Shown here: one piece after another, positions 17,542-26,719 of the stretch
Layout of the letters: the number at the start of each line of letters is the position of its first letter
Numbering within the stretch: the stretch's first letter is position 1
Origin: a virus
Lineage: Duplodnaviria > Caudoviricetes
Reading direction: 5' to 3' (one strand)
DNA length: 37,290 nucleotides
Virus record (IMG/VR): IMGVR_UViG_3300008255_004742
Span: 1-37,290 of that record
Notes under the pieces: model-generated
Database searches by the model: none
Told to the model about the DNA's origin: nothing
What the model saw: only the letters and a program-made list of their open reading frames with translations
Program-made: the position numbers and the translations under genes

Positions 17542-18104
17542 GATTTTGCCACTACAAACTGAAAGTTAGTTTTATAAAATTTAATAATCTCAAAATCCTT
17601 AAAAATGTCTTTAAATGAGTCTTCTGTCCAAACCCACAAATGAAATGGAGCGTGGAATGTTTCTGTTTCATATCCTGGAGTAGAGGCAACTATATACCTA
17701 ACTTTTTTACTAGCTTTTTTGAGAAAGTCGTGTGGACTAACTAAGTGTTCTAGAGTCTCTGTGCAAATTATTAAATCAGGATATTCAACCTCTTCATTAA
17801 TGAAGTCTTTGAGTTCAACTGGTCTGCCTTTTTCTTTTGCAAAGTTAACATTAGATGGTTGTAAGTCATAGCCATATACCTTCTGGCTAACCATACCTGA
17901 TAAATAGTTAACTAGGCCACCATTGCCACAACCAAAATCACCGATTGTTTTTATTTCATCAAGCTTTGATAACTCCAATACTTCATCAGCTACCTGAAGC
18001 AATCTAGGTCTATGGTCTCCTTGATTGATATGGTCTGCCATAACTCTATCTTTATAGAAATCATGGTCATGTGAATGTGGTTGGTCAAAAAGCTTATATT
18101 CCAT
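17532..18104 (-). CDS. Class I SAM-dependent methyltransferase
   Basis: DFGCGNG motif I, GYD, ETLEHL, STP. Confidence 0.9.
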   Translation of the reverse strand: MEYKLFDQPHSHDHDFYKDRVMADHINQGDHRPRLLQVADEVLELSKLDEIKTIGDFGCGNGGLVNYLSGMVSQKVYGYDLQPSNVNFAKEKGRPVELKDFINEEVEYPDLIICTETLEHLVSPHDFLKKASKKVRYIVASTPGYETETFHAPFHLWVWTEDSFKDIFKDFEIIKFYKTNFQFVVAKSCS

Positions 18105-18711
18105 TTAGTTTTCTTAAGTCGTTTATTTTTTGTGTTCTTTTCCAGTTTTCAAATACATTTTTGTCATTAGAGTGAATTGCATCACTATTAACTTCTTTGT
18201 ATCTTTCATCATGTTGGCTTTTACCATTCAAATAGTGCATATGTTCAATAACTACTTCTGGAACAAACTGAGCCCCTAACTCCATCCAGAAGTTATCCAT
18301 ATAAAGGTGTTTTAACCCTGGTATTGCCATATAACCAAGTGTTCTAACAACATTAGTTCTCATAACACATTGAGTAGCTAGTTTTTCTCTCTGAAGTAAA
18401 TCATCAGCATAAACAATAAGATTTTCCTCTAATTTTTCCTCAAGTATTTTGTCAAATCCTTTTGTTCTTATATGGTGATCATCACCAATAAAACCAATAT
18501 TTTCAGTTTCAACATACTTAGATGCAAGATTAACTGCTTCGCACATATTGTTAGCAGGGACATGGATAGTAGGAACATCTAGGTTATATTCATCTCCCTC
18601 GTTTAAAACCAAGATAAGTTGAGAATAATCTGTTTTGCATCTGTTAAAGCAATCTATTGCCTCTTTAGCTTTTTCTGGTCTGCCTTTAGATGGTAGAAGT
18701 AAAGTAATCAT
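18094..18711 (-). CDS. GT-A fold (family 2-like) glycosyltransferase
   Basis: LLLPSKGRP, FIGDDH (DxD-like), YMDN, IEHMH. Confidence 0.8.
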   Translation of the reverse strand: MITLLLPSKGRPEKAKEAIDCFNRCKTDYSQLILVLNEGDEYNLDVPTIHVPANNMCEAVNLASKYVETENIGFIGDDHHIRTKGFDKILEEKLEENLIVYADDLLQREKLATQCVMRTNVVRTLGYMAIPGLKHLYMDNFWMELGAQFVPEVVIEHMHYLNGKSQHDERYKEVNSDAIHSNDKNVFENWKRTQKINDLRKLNGI

Positions 18712-20621
18712 ATTAATTTAAGTATCACTTCAGCTATATTTATGCTGTTATATTTCTCAATATCTTTTGGTGGAGCAACTATATATTTTGAGAGTATTTT
18801 TCCTCGTCCATTAACGTCATAGATTAAAGCAGCTTTACCACAAGCCCAACCCTCTAGAGCTGTTCTTCCAACATAAATAGAGGCAACCATCTCACATTTT
18901 TTAGTATGTTCTTCAGTATCCCAAGTTGGCTTAATCTCTTGATCTCTACCGACAAACTTAGCATTTAATCCTTTTTCCTCAGCTACTTTTTTAATATCTC
19001 TAATAACTCTCTTTCTTAAGTGATCCATAGGGCCAATAAATAAAATAGTTGAATCACTACTTGTGTCTTTCCGGTTAAACCTTTCAAAGTCTATTGGATT
19101 TCCAATAACATGGATTTGATCGGGGTGGATACCTTCTTTTGCTATTTTATTTTTAATTGTGTCTCTAACAGCAATGTAGTGGTCACAACCAATAACTGGC
19201 CTTTCAATTTCCCACAGGGATTCGTTTTGAGAATGAATTACATTGATAATTGGGCAGGTAAATGACTTTTGAAGTAGGGAAGTAGGCTCAAAATGAGAAG
19301 AAATGATTAGATCTGGACTTAGAGATGCCACGTCTGGAAAACCGACACATTCTATACCCTCATTTTCGGCTTTTTCTTGAAGTTGTCCTCCATAGTTCGA
19401 GACTATTGTTACTTCATGGCCGAGTTTTTTCAGCGCCCTTGCTAATTCGTAGTTATAAAGTTCAGAGCCAGTTAAATCACTAAATCTCGTGCATGAAAGA
19501 ATTATTGATAAGCTTCCTTTCTTCAAAATTGATAGCGTTGGCCTTGAATGAATTGGTAAATCTTGAACAACTGCACTTATATACTTCTCATATTTAGAAA
19601 CATACTTATCTAAAGAAACTTTTCCTACTTCCTGAGCATAGTCCATCATGACTGTGCTGTTAATATGTCTCTCCATTGCATCAATCCAGTCTCTTGTTGT
19701 TTCAACTAGATCTATACCGTAAAGATGTGATGATAATTCTTGATATGGTCTGACGTTTGATGCAATTACCGGAATGCCGTTAATCAATGCTTCTTGGGCC
19801 TTAATTGAGCTCTTTGAATCATTGAACACATTATCTTCGAGAGGGCAGAGGGCCACATCAACATCTTTATAAAAATCTGGCAGTACATTCTGAGCGAAGT
19901 CTTGATAGTCACTTGTTCCCTCAAAACATTTCACTTGTGGCATTTCTGAATAAAAATCATCTGGTATGCCACCAAGTATTTTTAACTTAACATCTGGGTA
20001 TTTACCAAGTATGTATGACATGGCTCCCCAGAATGGAGTGTGGAAGATATCAGCATGATGAGTGAAGCCACCTTGCCATGAAAATGTTATGCCACCATGA
20101 TCAACTTTTTCTGTTTTTTTATAGAAATCCGGGTTAATTCTGTTTTCTAAAACAAATGGTGGTGCAAGGGAAGGATCCCTAAACTTTGAATAAACCCTCG
20201 CTAAATGGTTGGTTGAAACAGTTAAATATGGAGCATTTTTGATTAACCAGAGTAATGTTTTATATTCATTACTTGATCTTGGATACTGTTCTCTAACTGG
20301 ATTAAATGGAGAAAGATTAATAAAATCATCATCAAAATCAACGCTCCATCTGATTCTTTGTTTTTGAAGCTGCTGTAAAGGAACTGGATTATCCATGTAG
20401 GAAAACCAGACTAAATCATAGTTTGAAAAATCATGAGATTCATAACCGTCAAACTCATCTATTTGCAAACCCGATACCTCTGCTAACTTTCTAAGCGGAG
20501 ATACTGTTCGCCAATAATCAACTGGAGAGAGCCTTTTCTTTCCAGAGGGTGATTTAGTGTGAGACTTTACAGCAGCTATTTTCATATCTTTAGAATCCGT
20601 TTGCTGCAATAAACTCTTCAT
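18708..20621 (-). CDS. Tandem double GT-B (family 4-like) glycosyltransferase
   Basis: Domain 1: VDFDDD, VST, PLEDNVFNDSKS.IK..E..INGIPVIAS; domain 2: TGSELY.YELARAL...GHEV, GRTALEGWACGK. Confidence 0.85.
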   Translation of the reverse strand: MKSLLQQTDSKDMKIAAVKSHTKSPSGKKRLSPVDYWRTVSPLRKLAEVSGLQIDEFDGYESHDFSNYDLVWFSYMDNPVPLQQLQKQRIRWSVDFDDDFINLSPFNPVREQYPRSSNEYKTLLWLIKNAPYLTVSTNHLARVYSKFRDPSLAPPFVLENRINPDFYKKTEKVDHGGITFSWQGGFTHHADIFHTPFWGAMSYILGKYPDVKLKILGGIPDDFYSEMPQVKCFEGTSDYQDFAQNVLPDFYKDVDVALCPLEDNVFNDSKSSIKAQEALINGIPVIASNVRPYQELSSHLYGIDLVETTRDWIDAMERHINSTVMMDYAQEVGKVSLDKYVSKYEKYISAVVQDLPIHSRPTLSILKKGSLSIILSCTRFSDLTGSELYNYELARALKKLGHEVTIVSNYGGQLQEKAENEGIECVGFPDVASLSPDLIISSHFEPTSLLQKSFTCPIINVIHSQNESLWEIERPVIGCDHYIAVRDTIKNKIAKEGIHPDQIHVIGNPIDFERFNRKDTSSDSTILFIGPMDHLRKRVIRDIKKVAEEKGLNAKFVGRDQEIKPTWDTEEHTKKCEMVASIYVGRTALEGWACGKAALIYDVNGRGKILSKYIVAPPKDIEKYNSINIAEVILKLI

Positions 20622-21144
20622 CTAGCAATGCTCTTACTGACATATCAGAAACTCTTAAGCTTCTTGATATTGATTCATAGTTAAGAGCACCAGACTGCCA
20701 TGCAGTTTCTAAAACTGATTTAATTTTTCTTCTAATTCTCATTGCTTCACCAGATTTATCAGCCCAAGCATAACCATCAACATTAAATTCACTATCATCT
20801 GTTCGTATTGTTCTCTTTACTCTAATAATGTCGAGAACACTTGGAGCATTTGCTAAGACAATACTAACCTCTCTCATTGATTCAGAAAAAACTTCTTCAG
20901 GCTTTTTTCTACGAACTGGGGTTGAAGTAGCTTTTTGAGGCTCTGCTTCAACATCTTCTTCAACATCTGGTTCTTGACCTTCAGATTCATCAACTGGTTG
21001 AGGATCCTTTGCTGCCCTGATTCGAGTAATAACTTCTTCATTAGTGCCTTTTTTTGAGACACCGAACTCATCAGCTATTTGATTAAGTTCTTTCCTACTG
21101 GCTTCTTCCAGTGGTCTTGGTTGGGTTTCTTGACCTTCAGTCAT
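20590..21144 (-). CDS. SAP/HeH-domain protein
   Basis: RKELNQIADEFGVSKKGTNEEVITRI then an acidic linker. Confidence 0.6.
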   Translation of the reverse strand: MTEGQETQPRPLEEASRKELNQIADEFGVSKKGTNEEVITRIRAAKDPQPVDESEGQEPDVEEDVEAEPQKATSTPVRRKKPEEVFSESMREVSIVLANAPSVLDIIRVKRTIRTDDSEFNVDGYAWADKSGEAMRIRRKIKSVLETAWQSGALNYESISRSLRVSDMSVRALLDEEFIAANGF

Positions 21145-21536
21145 GATGACCTCCTTTTTTGTTTAACTACTATTGATTCAGCATATTCGGGATCGTGCTG
21201 ACTCATTTTTCTAACAATTTGTTCTTGTATTCCAGGGGATTTGATATATTTTTGAACTTTTTTCTCCAACTCTCCAATCATAAATTCGGCCTTTGCCATT
21301 GCCATTCTCTGATCTTTAGTTGGTTCATCTCCTTCATCAGGGACTTGTTCTAAGCCGAAAATAATCCATTTTTGAAGTTCTAACCTCATCTTCTCTAGAT
21401 AAGGATCCTTTGTTTGTTCATAGACACTCTCTAATATTGATGATCGTCTATTTTCTTTTATTTCATGGCCTAAACTCCTAGATTTATCTCTAGCTATTTC
21501 TAAAAGTTCTAATTCGGCTTCTCTTGTTGTTTTCAT
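21141..21536 (-). CDS. Hypothetical phage protein
   Basis: ORF in operon, overlaps next gene by 4 nt. Confidence 0.6.
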   Translation of the reverse strand: MKTTREAELELLEIARDKSRSLGHEIKENRRSSILESVYEQTKDPYLEKMRLELQKWIIFGLEQVPDEGDEPTKDQRMAMAKAEFMIGELEKKVQKYIKSPGIQEQIVRKMSQHDPEYAESIVVKQKRRSS

Positions 21537-21550
21537 ATCTTTTTTTCTTT

Positions 21551-21578
21551 GGGAGGGGTAGATCTCTCCACCCCTCCC
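21551..21578 (-). other. 12-bp stem with GAGA tetraloop after the capsid gene (mRNA stabiliser or weak terminator)
   Basis: GGGAGGGGTGGA-GAGA-TCTACCCCTCCC; followed by A-run rather than U-run on the sense strand. Confidence 0.6.
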
Positions 21579-21609
21579 TATGAGTCAAATCACTTTGTTG
21601 TGACTATCA

Positions 21610-22524
21610 TCATGCGGTTACACCGGTTTTGACGTTGTAAATCCAAGCTGCAATTAACACCTTAGCGACATAGGAACCAGCCCAAGAAATTGTGCTGTAT
21701 CTGTCTGCTGGGTTAGACGTGTCATTGGCATTAGGGACTTTGATATATAACCTTGGCATATCACCTTCGAGGTTGTGCTCACCAACTGCACCTTTACCAT
21801 GGAAGAAGTTTGAGTAAACATCTACTGTTGAACTCTCTGACTTCTGGTTGGTTGTTTCGATAAATCTAGCACCACCTAAGCGACCAATTTCACCGTTATA
21901 GATTTGTTTTCCACCCTTGTTATAAACATTTACACTTGTCCAAGTGGCATCACCCATAACATCAAAAGATGAATCTGGGCCTACTTTTGCTAAGTAGTTA
22001 CCATCACTATATCTAAGTGCTTTTTGTTTCTTTAAGGAACGGACAACTTTTCTGGTCTCTGAGTAGTCAAGTACGTCAGTAGCAGCAACATCAGATAAAG
22101 CTGATTTGGCACCAGCTAATTGTGCAGTTGCTCCTGAATACATGGCATCTCTAGCTAACTCATCAAGGGTTTCACCCATGTTTTGACCAACTAACTCAAC
22201 CTTTTCCTCAGCATCTACGTCAATAGATGTAAGTTTTAAAAGTTTACTAACCTTTACAGTAGTTCCATATTCGGCCAATGTTAAAGTAACAGTGGTACCA
22301 GCGATAGAAACCTCAGTTGGGTTATTACCTTCTGTCAAAGGGGTAGTTGCCTTAGCAAGAGGAGTTAATCTATTAAAAGTTGTGGTTTTACCAGATCCTT
22401 TTTTCTGTTTACCTTTTTGTAAACCTTCTCTGTGAGTTAACCATTCCTTTGCTCTTTCAAGGAATTGGGCGCTATACAGCATCATCATTTCATCTGATCT
22501 GGTTGTTGTTGTCTCGGCTGACAT
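21610..22524 (-). CDS. Major capsid protein, N4-gp56 family
   Basis: GKTTTFNR, TPLTEG.NP, EYG...VS, GEIGRLGGARFIET. Confidence 0.9.
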   Translation of the reverse strand: MSAETTTTRSDEMMMLYSAQFLERAKEWLTHREGLQKGKQKKGSGKTTTFNRLTPLAKATTPLTEGNNPTEVSIAGTTVTLTLAEYGTTVKVSKLLKLTSIDVDAEEKVELVGQNMGETLDELARDAMYSGATAQLAGAKSALSDVAATDVLDYSETRKVVRSLKKQKALRYSDGNYLAKVGPDSSFDVMGDATWTSVNVYNKGGKQIYNGEIGRLGGARFIETTNQKSESSTVDVYSNFFHGKGAVGEHNLEGDMPRLYIKVPNANDTSNPADRYSTISWAGSYVAKVLIAAWIYNVKTGVTA

Positions 22525-22535
22525 TTTATGCCTTT

Positions 22536-23375
22536 CTAGTCATTATTGCGTGGCAATCTTTTTTGTAGCGTTTCTCTAACTTTAGCTGGGTTACTCCATA
22601 ACATTTTTTCAAGATCTTGGAGAGATTCATTATTATTCTGGGTTTGATTTCCAGGCGTTAATGCTCCCTCAGCTGCTTGTTTAGCCAAAGTGGCTGTTGC
22701 CTTTTCGGTACCCTGTTTTTCTGTTAAATTAAGTGCTTTTTTAAGTTTTGCGTACAACTGACTTGCTCTTTGTACTGGCACGAGAATTTGATTGCCATTC
22801 GCATCAGTTCTAAGATTTGCAGCCTGGAGTTGTTCAGTTAAAATTTGATTAACTTCTTCAGCTAACTCAGGATTATCTTTAAAATCACTAAGTATCTGTT
22901 CTCCAACTGTTTCAATATCAGAAACGAACTCTTCAGTCTGTGCCTGATATTCATGCACCTCTCTTTCCATTTGAAGTGTCTGAGCAACTTCTCTAGCTGC
23001 AAGTTGTTTAACTTGATCAGCTGTGAAAAAACCATTTTCATCTGGTTGAGGTTCTGGCATAGAGTTAACCATGTCAATAAATGAACCTTTATTCTGACCT
23101 TTCTTTAAAAGAGTGTGTAATCTTTTTTCTGCGCGAGTCGGCCTTCTATCTTCCTCGTGTTTTTGTTGACCCTCTACCTCTTCAGAAGTTTTTTCACCAT
23201 TTAAATCATCTTCAGACTTAACGGATACATTTTCAGTTTCCACTGCCTCTGTTGATTCTTCTGGCTTATCTTCCGATTGAGGTTGATCCTCAACTACTGA
23301 TGTCTGTTCATCTTCAACTCGCGAAGTTGACTCCTGCGACACTTCAGGAGTGGTTTGGATTTGATTTGGATCCAT
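22536..23375 (-). CDS. Capsid scaffolding protein
   Basis: Acidic disordered N-terminus, RAEKR then coiled coil, directly before the capsid gene. Confidence 0.75.
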   Translation of the reverse strand: MDPNQIQTTPEVSQESTSRVEDEQTSVVEDQPQSEDKPEESTEAVETENVSVKSEDDLNGEKTSEEVEGQQKHEEDRRPTRAEKRLHTLLKKGQNKGSFIDMVNSMPEPQPDENGFFTADQVKQLAAREVAQTLQMEREVHEYQAQTEEFVSDIETVGEQILSDFKDNPELAEEVNQILTEQLQAANLRTDANGNQILVPVQRASQLYAKLKKALNLTEKQGTEKATATLAKQAAEGALTPGNQTQNNNESLQDLEKMLWSNPAKVRETLQKRLPRNND

Positions 23376-23462
23376 ATAACCTTTCTGCTTTATTTACTGA
23401 CCACTTAACGATGGGTCGACCTCTCGAGAGTGTGTACTCTAAACAGGCGAGTTAGCGTAAAC

Positions 23463-23705
23463 TCACCTCTTTAGAACACGCACTATTGGTTCTCCTTTTT
23501 CATCTATCCCTATTAATTCCTTATTCATACCAAGCCATGACGAGTGCTTATGATCACAGCTTATGCAAACTAACCAAGGCCCTCTTTGTCTCCAAGTGTG
23601 ACCCTGTATCTGAGCCTTTTTTTGTCTAATCAGAGCATCAACATCAACCTCATAGCTCTCTTTAGACAGCTCCTGAGTTGATTGCTTCTTCTGTTGCTCT
23701 GACAT
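23463..23705 (-). CDS. Small putative Zn-binding protein
   Basis: H.WRQRG...VCISCDHKH. Confidence 0.6.
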   Translation of the reverse strand: MSEQQKKQSTQELSKESYEVDVDALIRQKKAQIQGHTWRQRGPWLVCISCDHKHSSWLGMNKELIGIDEKGEPIVRVLKR

Positions 23706-23976
23706 TTCTAATTACCCATTCAAGCTTCTTAATACATAATTGAGATGCATATACTCTGAAGCCATATTGCTCAAATGATTCTTTTTCAGTCTTTTCAACT
23801 GTCCTTAACCTTTCAACTTCTTCAATCATTTTTTTCTCAACTATTTGCCAACCAGGATCTTGTGCCAATGCTGCAACTGCCTCATCTTCCTTAACAACTT
23901 TACTTGGAGGGTTAATAAAATCTTCGACATCACCAACAGAATGCTGGATTGGAATTGCTGTTTCTATATTTCTCAT
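23662..23976 (-). CDS. Small post-portal head protein
   Basis: L...PGW helical pattern typical of the gene after P22-like portals. Confidence 0.55.
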   Translation of the reverse strand: MRNIETAIPIQHSVGDVEDFINPPSKVVKEDEAVAALAQDPGWQIVEKKMIEEVERLRTVEKTEKESFEQYGFRVYASQLCIKKLEWVIRNVRATEEAINSGAV

Positions 23977-25901
23977 TGCATACCTCCTTGAGACATTCCA
24001 ATATTATTTTGATCTGGGACTCCTCCAAAAACTTGCTCCATCTCTTGCAATCTCGCTTGTGTTTCTGGATCCATTGGCTCTTCGGCTTCTACACTTTGTT
24101 GAGGCATTTCCCCAGACATATCTTGAGATTCATCTTCAGTAACAATTCGATCCCAATCCTGAATGCTTGAAGTAACAATATGCCTCTTCATTAATTCACC
24201 AAAATCAATAGTCACATTTCCAAATCTAACTTTTCCTGTTTGTTTGGCTTCTTCAAGGGCTCCAGGTACTTTAGTGAGTAAACCAAGTGTTTCAGTAACT
24301 GCTGAGTGTTCTTGTTCCTGATCTTTCTTTCCAGTAGTTCCGGCATCAATATCAAATCTATATTTGTGTTGACCACCGCCCAATATTCCTTTATCAACTT
24401 TCATTTTCCCGTATGTTTTTGACTCAAAGATCTCAGCCATACTTCCAACTTGTTCTGGGGCAATTTTTTGGAGCTTTCTAATTTCACCTTCAAATATGTC
24501 AAAGTTAATTGGCTTTTCTTGTTTCTTGACTAAAAGATCAACCATTAGGTTAAAGGTCTTTTCAACTGTCTTTTCCATTAAATATCTATCCCATGCATCT
24601 CTACTTGACTCACGTGCACCCATGCTTTTTATAGCAGCAGGAGTTTTACCCATTCCCGGATCTACAACGTCAGCTGTGGTAACATTTGTAGTTCCTGCCA
24701 TATTCATAGCAGCAGCAATCAGAGTAGAGTAGGTGGCTTGGAAAGCCTGTTCACTTTGAGAACCGGTTTGCCAAGGTCTAATTGCATTTTGTTCAGTCTC
24801 TTCCCATCTTGCTCCCGGCCTATACCCAAGAGTTGATCTAATTACTTTTCCATTTCTAACAATCATTGGAGGGAAAATCCTCATCTTTAGTCCATCAAGA
24901 TAGAGATTCCAAAGTGAATTAATTGCATATTGAAGGGTTTTACCTCTCTCGAACTCGCCTAACCCATAAAATCTATCCATCAATGGAAAAGCATGTTTAA
25001 CAACAACAGGAATCTCATTATTCCCCTGTGGATTTGCAAAATCTCTACAAATGGAATCATCTTCAAGGCTTGAAGCATCAACAGCATATGTTGACCATTG
25101 ATCAGCTACGTACCTTGTTCTTAAGTGAATCTTTTGACTATTTTTACCTTTTGTTGGAGTAATTCTATTTTCTTCTTCTGAGAGTGTTTGTTGCTCATTG
25201 TCTTTGTCTGCGCTGTTCTCATCTAAATGAGCTAGGATTTTGTTTATATTTTTCCAAGTACTTTTTGGTCTTTTTTCTAACCAAGATCTATCAACCCATG
25301 TATCAATAAAACAATGGTTCATGTCGTTAATAGCATTGGCTTCAGGGAAAAAGTGTCTAAGAGGAACTAGCCAGTTATCTGGCCCAATGTAATCATTGTC
25401 AATTCTATAATCTACAAGTGAAACATATGATCCCATTGCCAGAGAATAAAAATCTTGAAGTTTAAACTTCGTTAATAAATCGTATTGTGAATCTGCATTG
25501 GGAATAATGTATCTACTAAGAATTAAATCTAAAACGGTAGTAGGCAACAAATCCTTTGCATTATCAAGGGCTCTAACTTTCCCAGTGGCGTGTTGAGCCA
25601 TAACACGATTCATTCTCTCGATAATGATTGTTGATAGCCTTGGATCAAATACTTGGGATTTAGATTGATTACTAACAGAGTCCATGTTCCGGCCAAGAAG
25701 CATTGCTTCTTTTTCTTTCCATGAACAATGTGGATCATCCTTAGCTTTTCCCTGATATTCTTCAGCTGCTTCAAACTGTGATGAAAGTGTTTTATATGAT
25801 GATGCTACATCTTTTTTAGCAGATTCATTTGGTTGATTATTTTTCTCTTCAACCTTTTTGTCTTGTGTTGGGCTGGTCTTTGTTTTTTTGTTTTTTGCCA
25901 T
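23973..25901 (-). CDS. Portal protein (P22-like); start revised to ATG 25901
   Basis: FYGLGE.E...LQ..IN...N..LD, PGARW; the upstream GTG 25955 lies inside a tRNA. Confidence 0.85.
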   Translation of the reverse strand: MAKNKKTKTSPTQDKKVEEKNNQPNESAKKDVASSYKTLSSQFEAAEEYQGKAKDDPHCSWKEKEAMLLGRNMDSVSNQSKSQVFDPRLSTIIIERMNRVMAQHATGKVRALDNAKDLLPTTVLDLILSRYIIPNADSQYDLLTKFKLQDFYSLAMGSYVSLVDYRIDNDYIGPDNWLVPLRHFFPEANAINDMNHCFIDTWVDRSWLEKRPKSTWKNINKILAHLDENSADKDNEQQTLSEEENRITPTKGKNSQKIHLRTRYVADQWSTYAVDASSLEDDSICRDFANPQGNNEIPVVVKHAFPLMDRFYGLGEFERGKTLQYAINSLWNLYLDGLKMRIFPPMIVRNGKVIRSTLGYRPGARWEETEQNAIRPWQTGSQSEQAFQATYSTLIAAAMNMAGTTNVTTADVVDPGMGKTPAAIKSMGARESSRDAWDRYLMEKTVEKTFNLMVDLLVKKQEKPINFDIFEGEIRKLQKIAPEQVGSMAEIFESKTYGKMKVDKGILGGGQHKYRFDIDAGTTGKKDQEQEHSAVTETLGLLTKVPGALEEAKQTGKVRFGNVTIDFGELMKRHIVTSSIQDWDRIVTEDESQDMSGEMPQQSVEAEEPMDPETQARLQEMEQVFGGVPDQNNIGMSQGGMQ

Positions 25902-25909
25902 GTTTTTTG

Positions 25910-25980
25910 TCGCGGGATCAGGAATCGAACCTGATCCTGTGGGATATGAGTCCACTGTGCTGCCTTCACACTCTCCCGCA
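25910..25980 (-). tRNA. Phage tRNA with CAT anticodon (Met, fMet or Ile2 uncertain; atypical)
   Basis: TGCGGGA/TCCCGCG acceptor, GTG/CAC D-stem, GTGGA-CTCATAT-CCCAC, TCAGG-TTCGATT-CCTGA. Confidence 0.8.
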
Positions 25981-25993
25981 TTTTTATTTCAGA

Positions 25994-26078
25994 CAACAAA
26001 AAAAGCGACCCCGTTCCACATTTGGAACATTTGGGTCGCTCAACTAATTGTGCTGAGAAGACTATAACTAGTATTACA
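25994..26078 (-). terminator. Leader element A: small hairpin plus terminator-like hairpin
   Basis: CTCAGC-ACAATTA-GTTGAG, AGCGACCC...GGGTCGCT then TTTTTTGTT. Confidence 0.7.
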
Positions 26079-26384
26079 CTATTGCTTTTGTTCTGTCAAA
26101 TTATGTCTAAAACTCCTGTGTGTGTGAACCTTTTTTATTGCACCTTTAATAAATTCAAACGTGACTGTTAGAGCACCTGTGCTTGATATGTTTTGTTCTT
26201 TTGCTAGTGATTGTAGAAGGTATTCAATAGCCTCTCTATTACCGGCAGCAGAGAAATTTTTTGAGGAGTGTTCACTACCTTCAAGGTATTTAATTTCACC
26301 ATTGTGAACGCCTAAAGTCATGTTTAATTGACCGAATTTAGTAGACTTAGCAGCCAGTTCTATTAATCGTTCTAGTGTTGTCAT
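26079..26384 (-). CDS. Tandem YezD/DUF2292-like protein
   Basis: Two internal repeats: FGQLNMTLGVHNGEIKYLE and TGALTVTFEFIKGAIKKVH, each after a helix. Confidence 0.5.
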   Translation of the reverse strand: MTTLERLIELAAKSTKFGQLNMTLGVHNGEIKYLEGSEHSSKNFSAAGNREAIEYLLQSLAKEQNISSTGALTVTFEFIKGAIKKVHTHRSFRHNLTEQKQ

Positions 26385-26719
26385 TGGTTATTTAGTATTT
26401 CTTTCACAGCTTCCCAGAGGGCGTCACAAAGTTCTTCTCGTTCAAAACTTCTCTCAGAGAAACGATTTTCTTTCCCATGATCTAACTCAACTTCCCATGA
26501 ACCAACTCTGTCAATAAATAGATCTATCTCCTTTTCAGACTGTAAAAACTCAATCATATGGCCTATTGAAAGGCGAGGGAGAGGAGGCTTTATTAAAACT
26601 TCCCACTGCATTAACTCTGCCCTTGAACTAGGGAATTTTTCTAAAACAAATCTTCTTAACTCAATTCTTTGTTTTTCATCAAGCTCTACTAGTTGCTGTT
26701 TTGTAATGCTTTGTTTCAC
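26381..26719 (-). CDS. Hypothetical phage protein
   Basis: ORF with 4-nt overlaps to both neighbours. Confidence 0.65.
   Translation of the reverse strand: MKQSITKQQLVELDEKQRIELRRFVLEKFPSSRAELMQWEVLIKPPLPRLSIGHMIEFLQSEKEIDLFIDRVGSWEVELDHGKENRFSERSFEREELCDALWEAVKEILNNQ

Noticed and set aside
16810-20621. gtrABC-type serotype conversion or a restriction-modification methylase
   Set aside because: No membrane flippase or GtrB-type TM segments; the methyltransferase lacks DPPY/NPPY/PC DNA-methylase motifs
21551-21578. Intrinsic terminator after the capsid gene
   Set aside because: Strong hairpin but followed by an A-run on the sense strand; kept only as a stabilising hairpin
25902-25955. N-terminal extension of the portal (MDSYPTGSG...) and ORFs 25805-26067
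   Set aside because: They overlap a well-formed tRNA and a terminator hairpin
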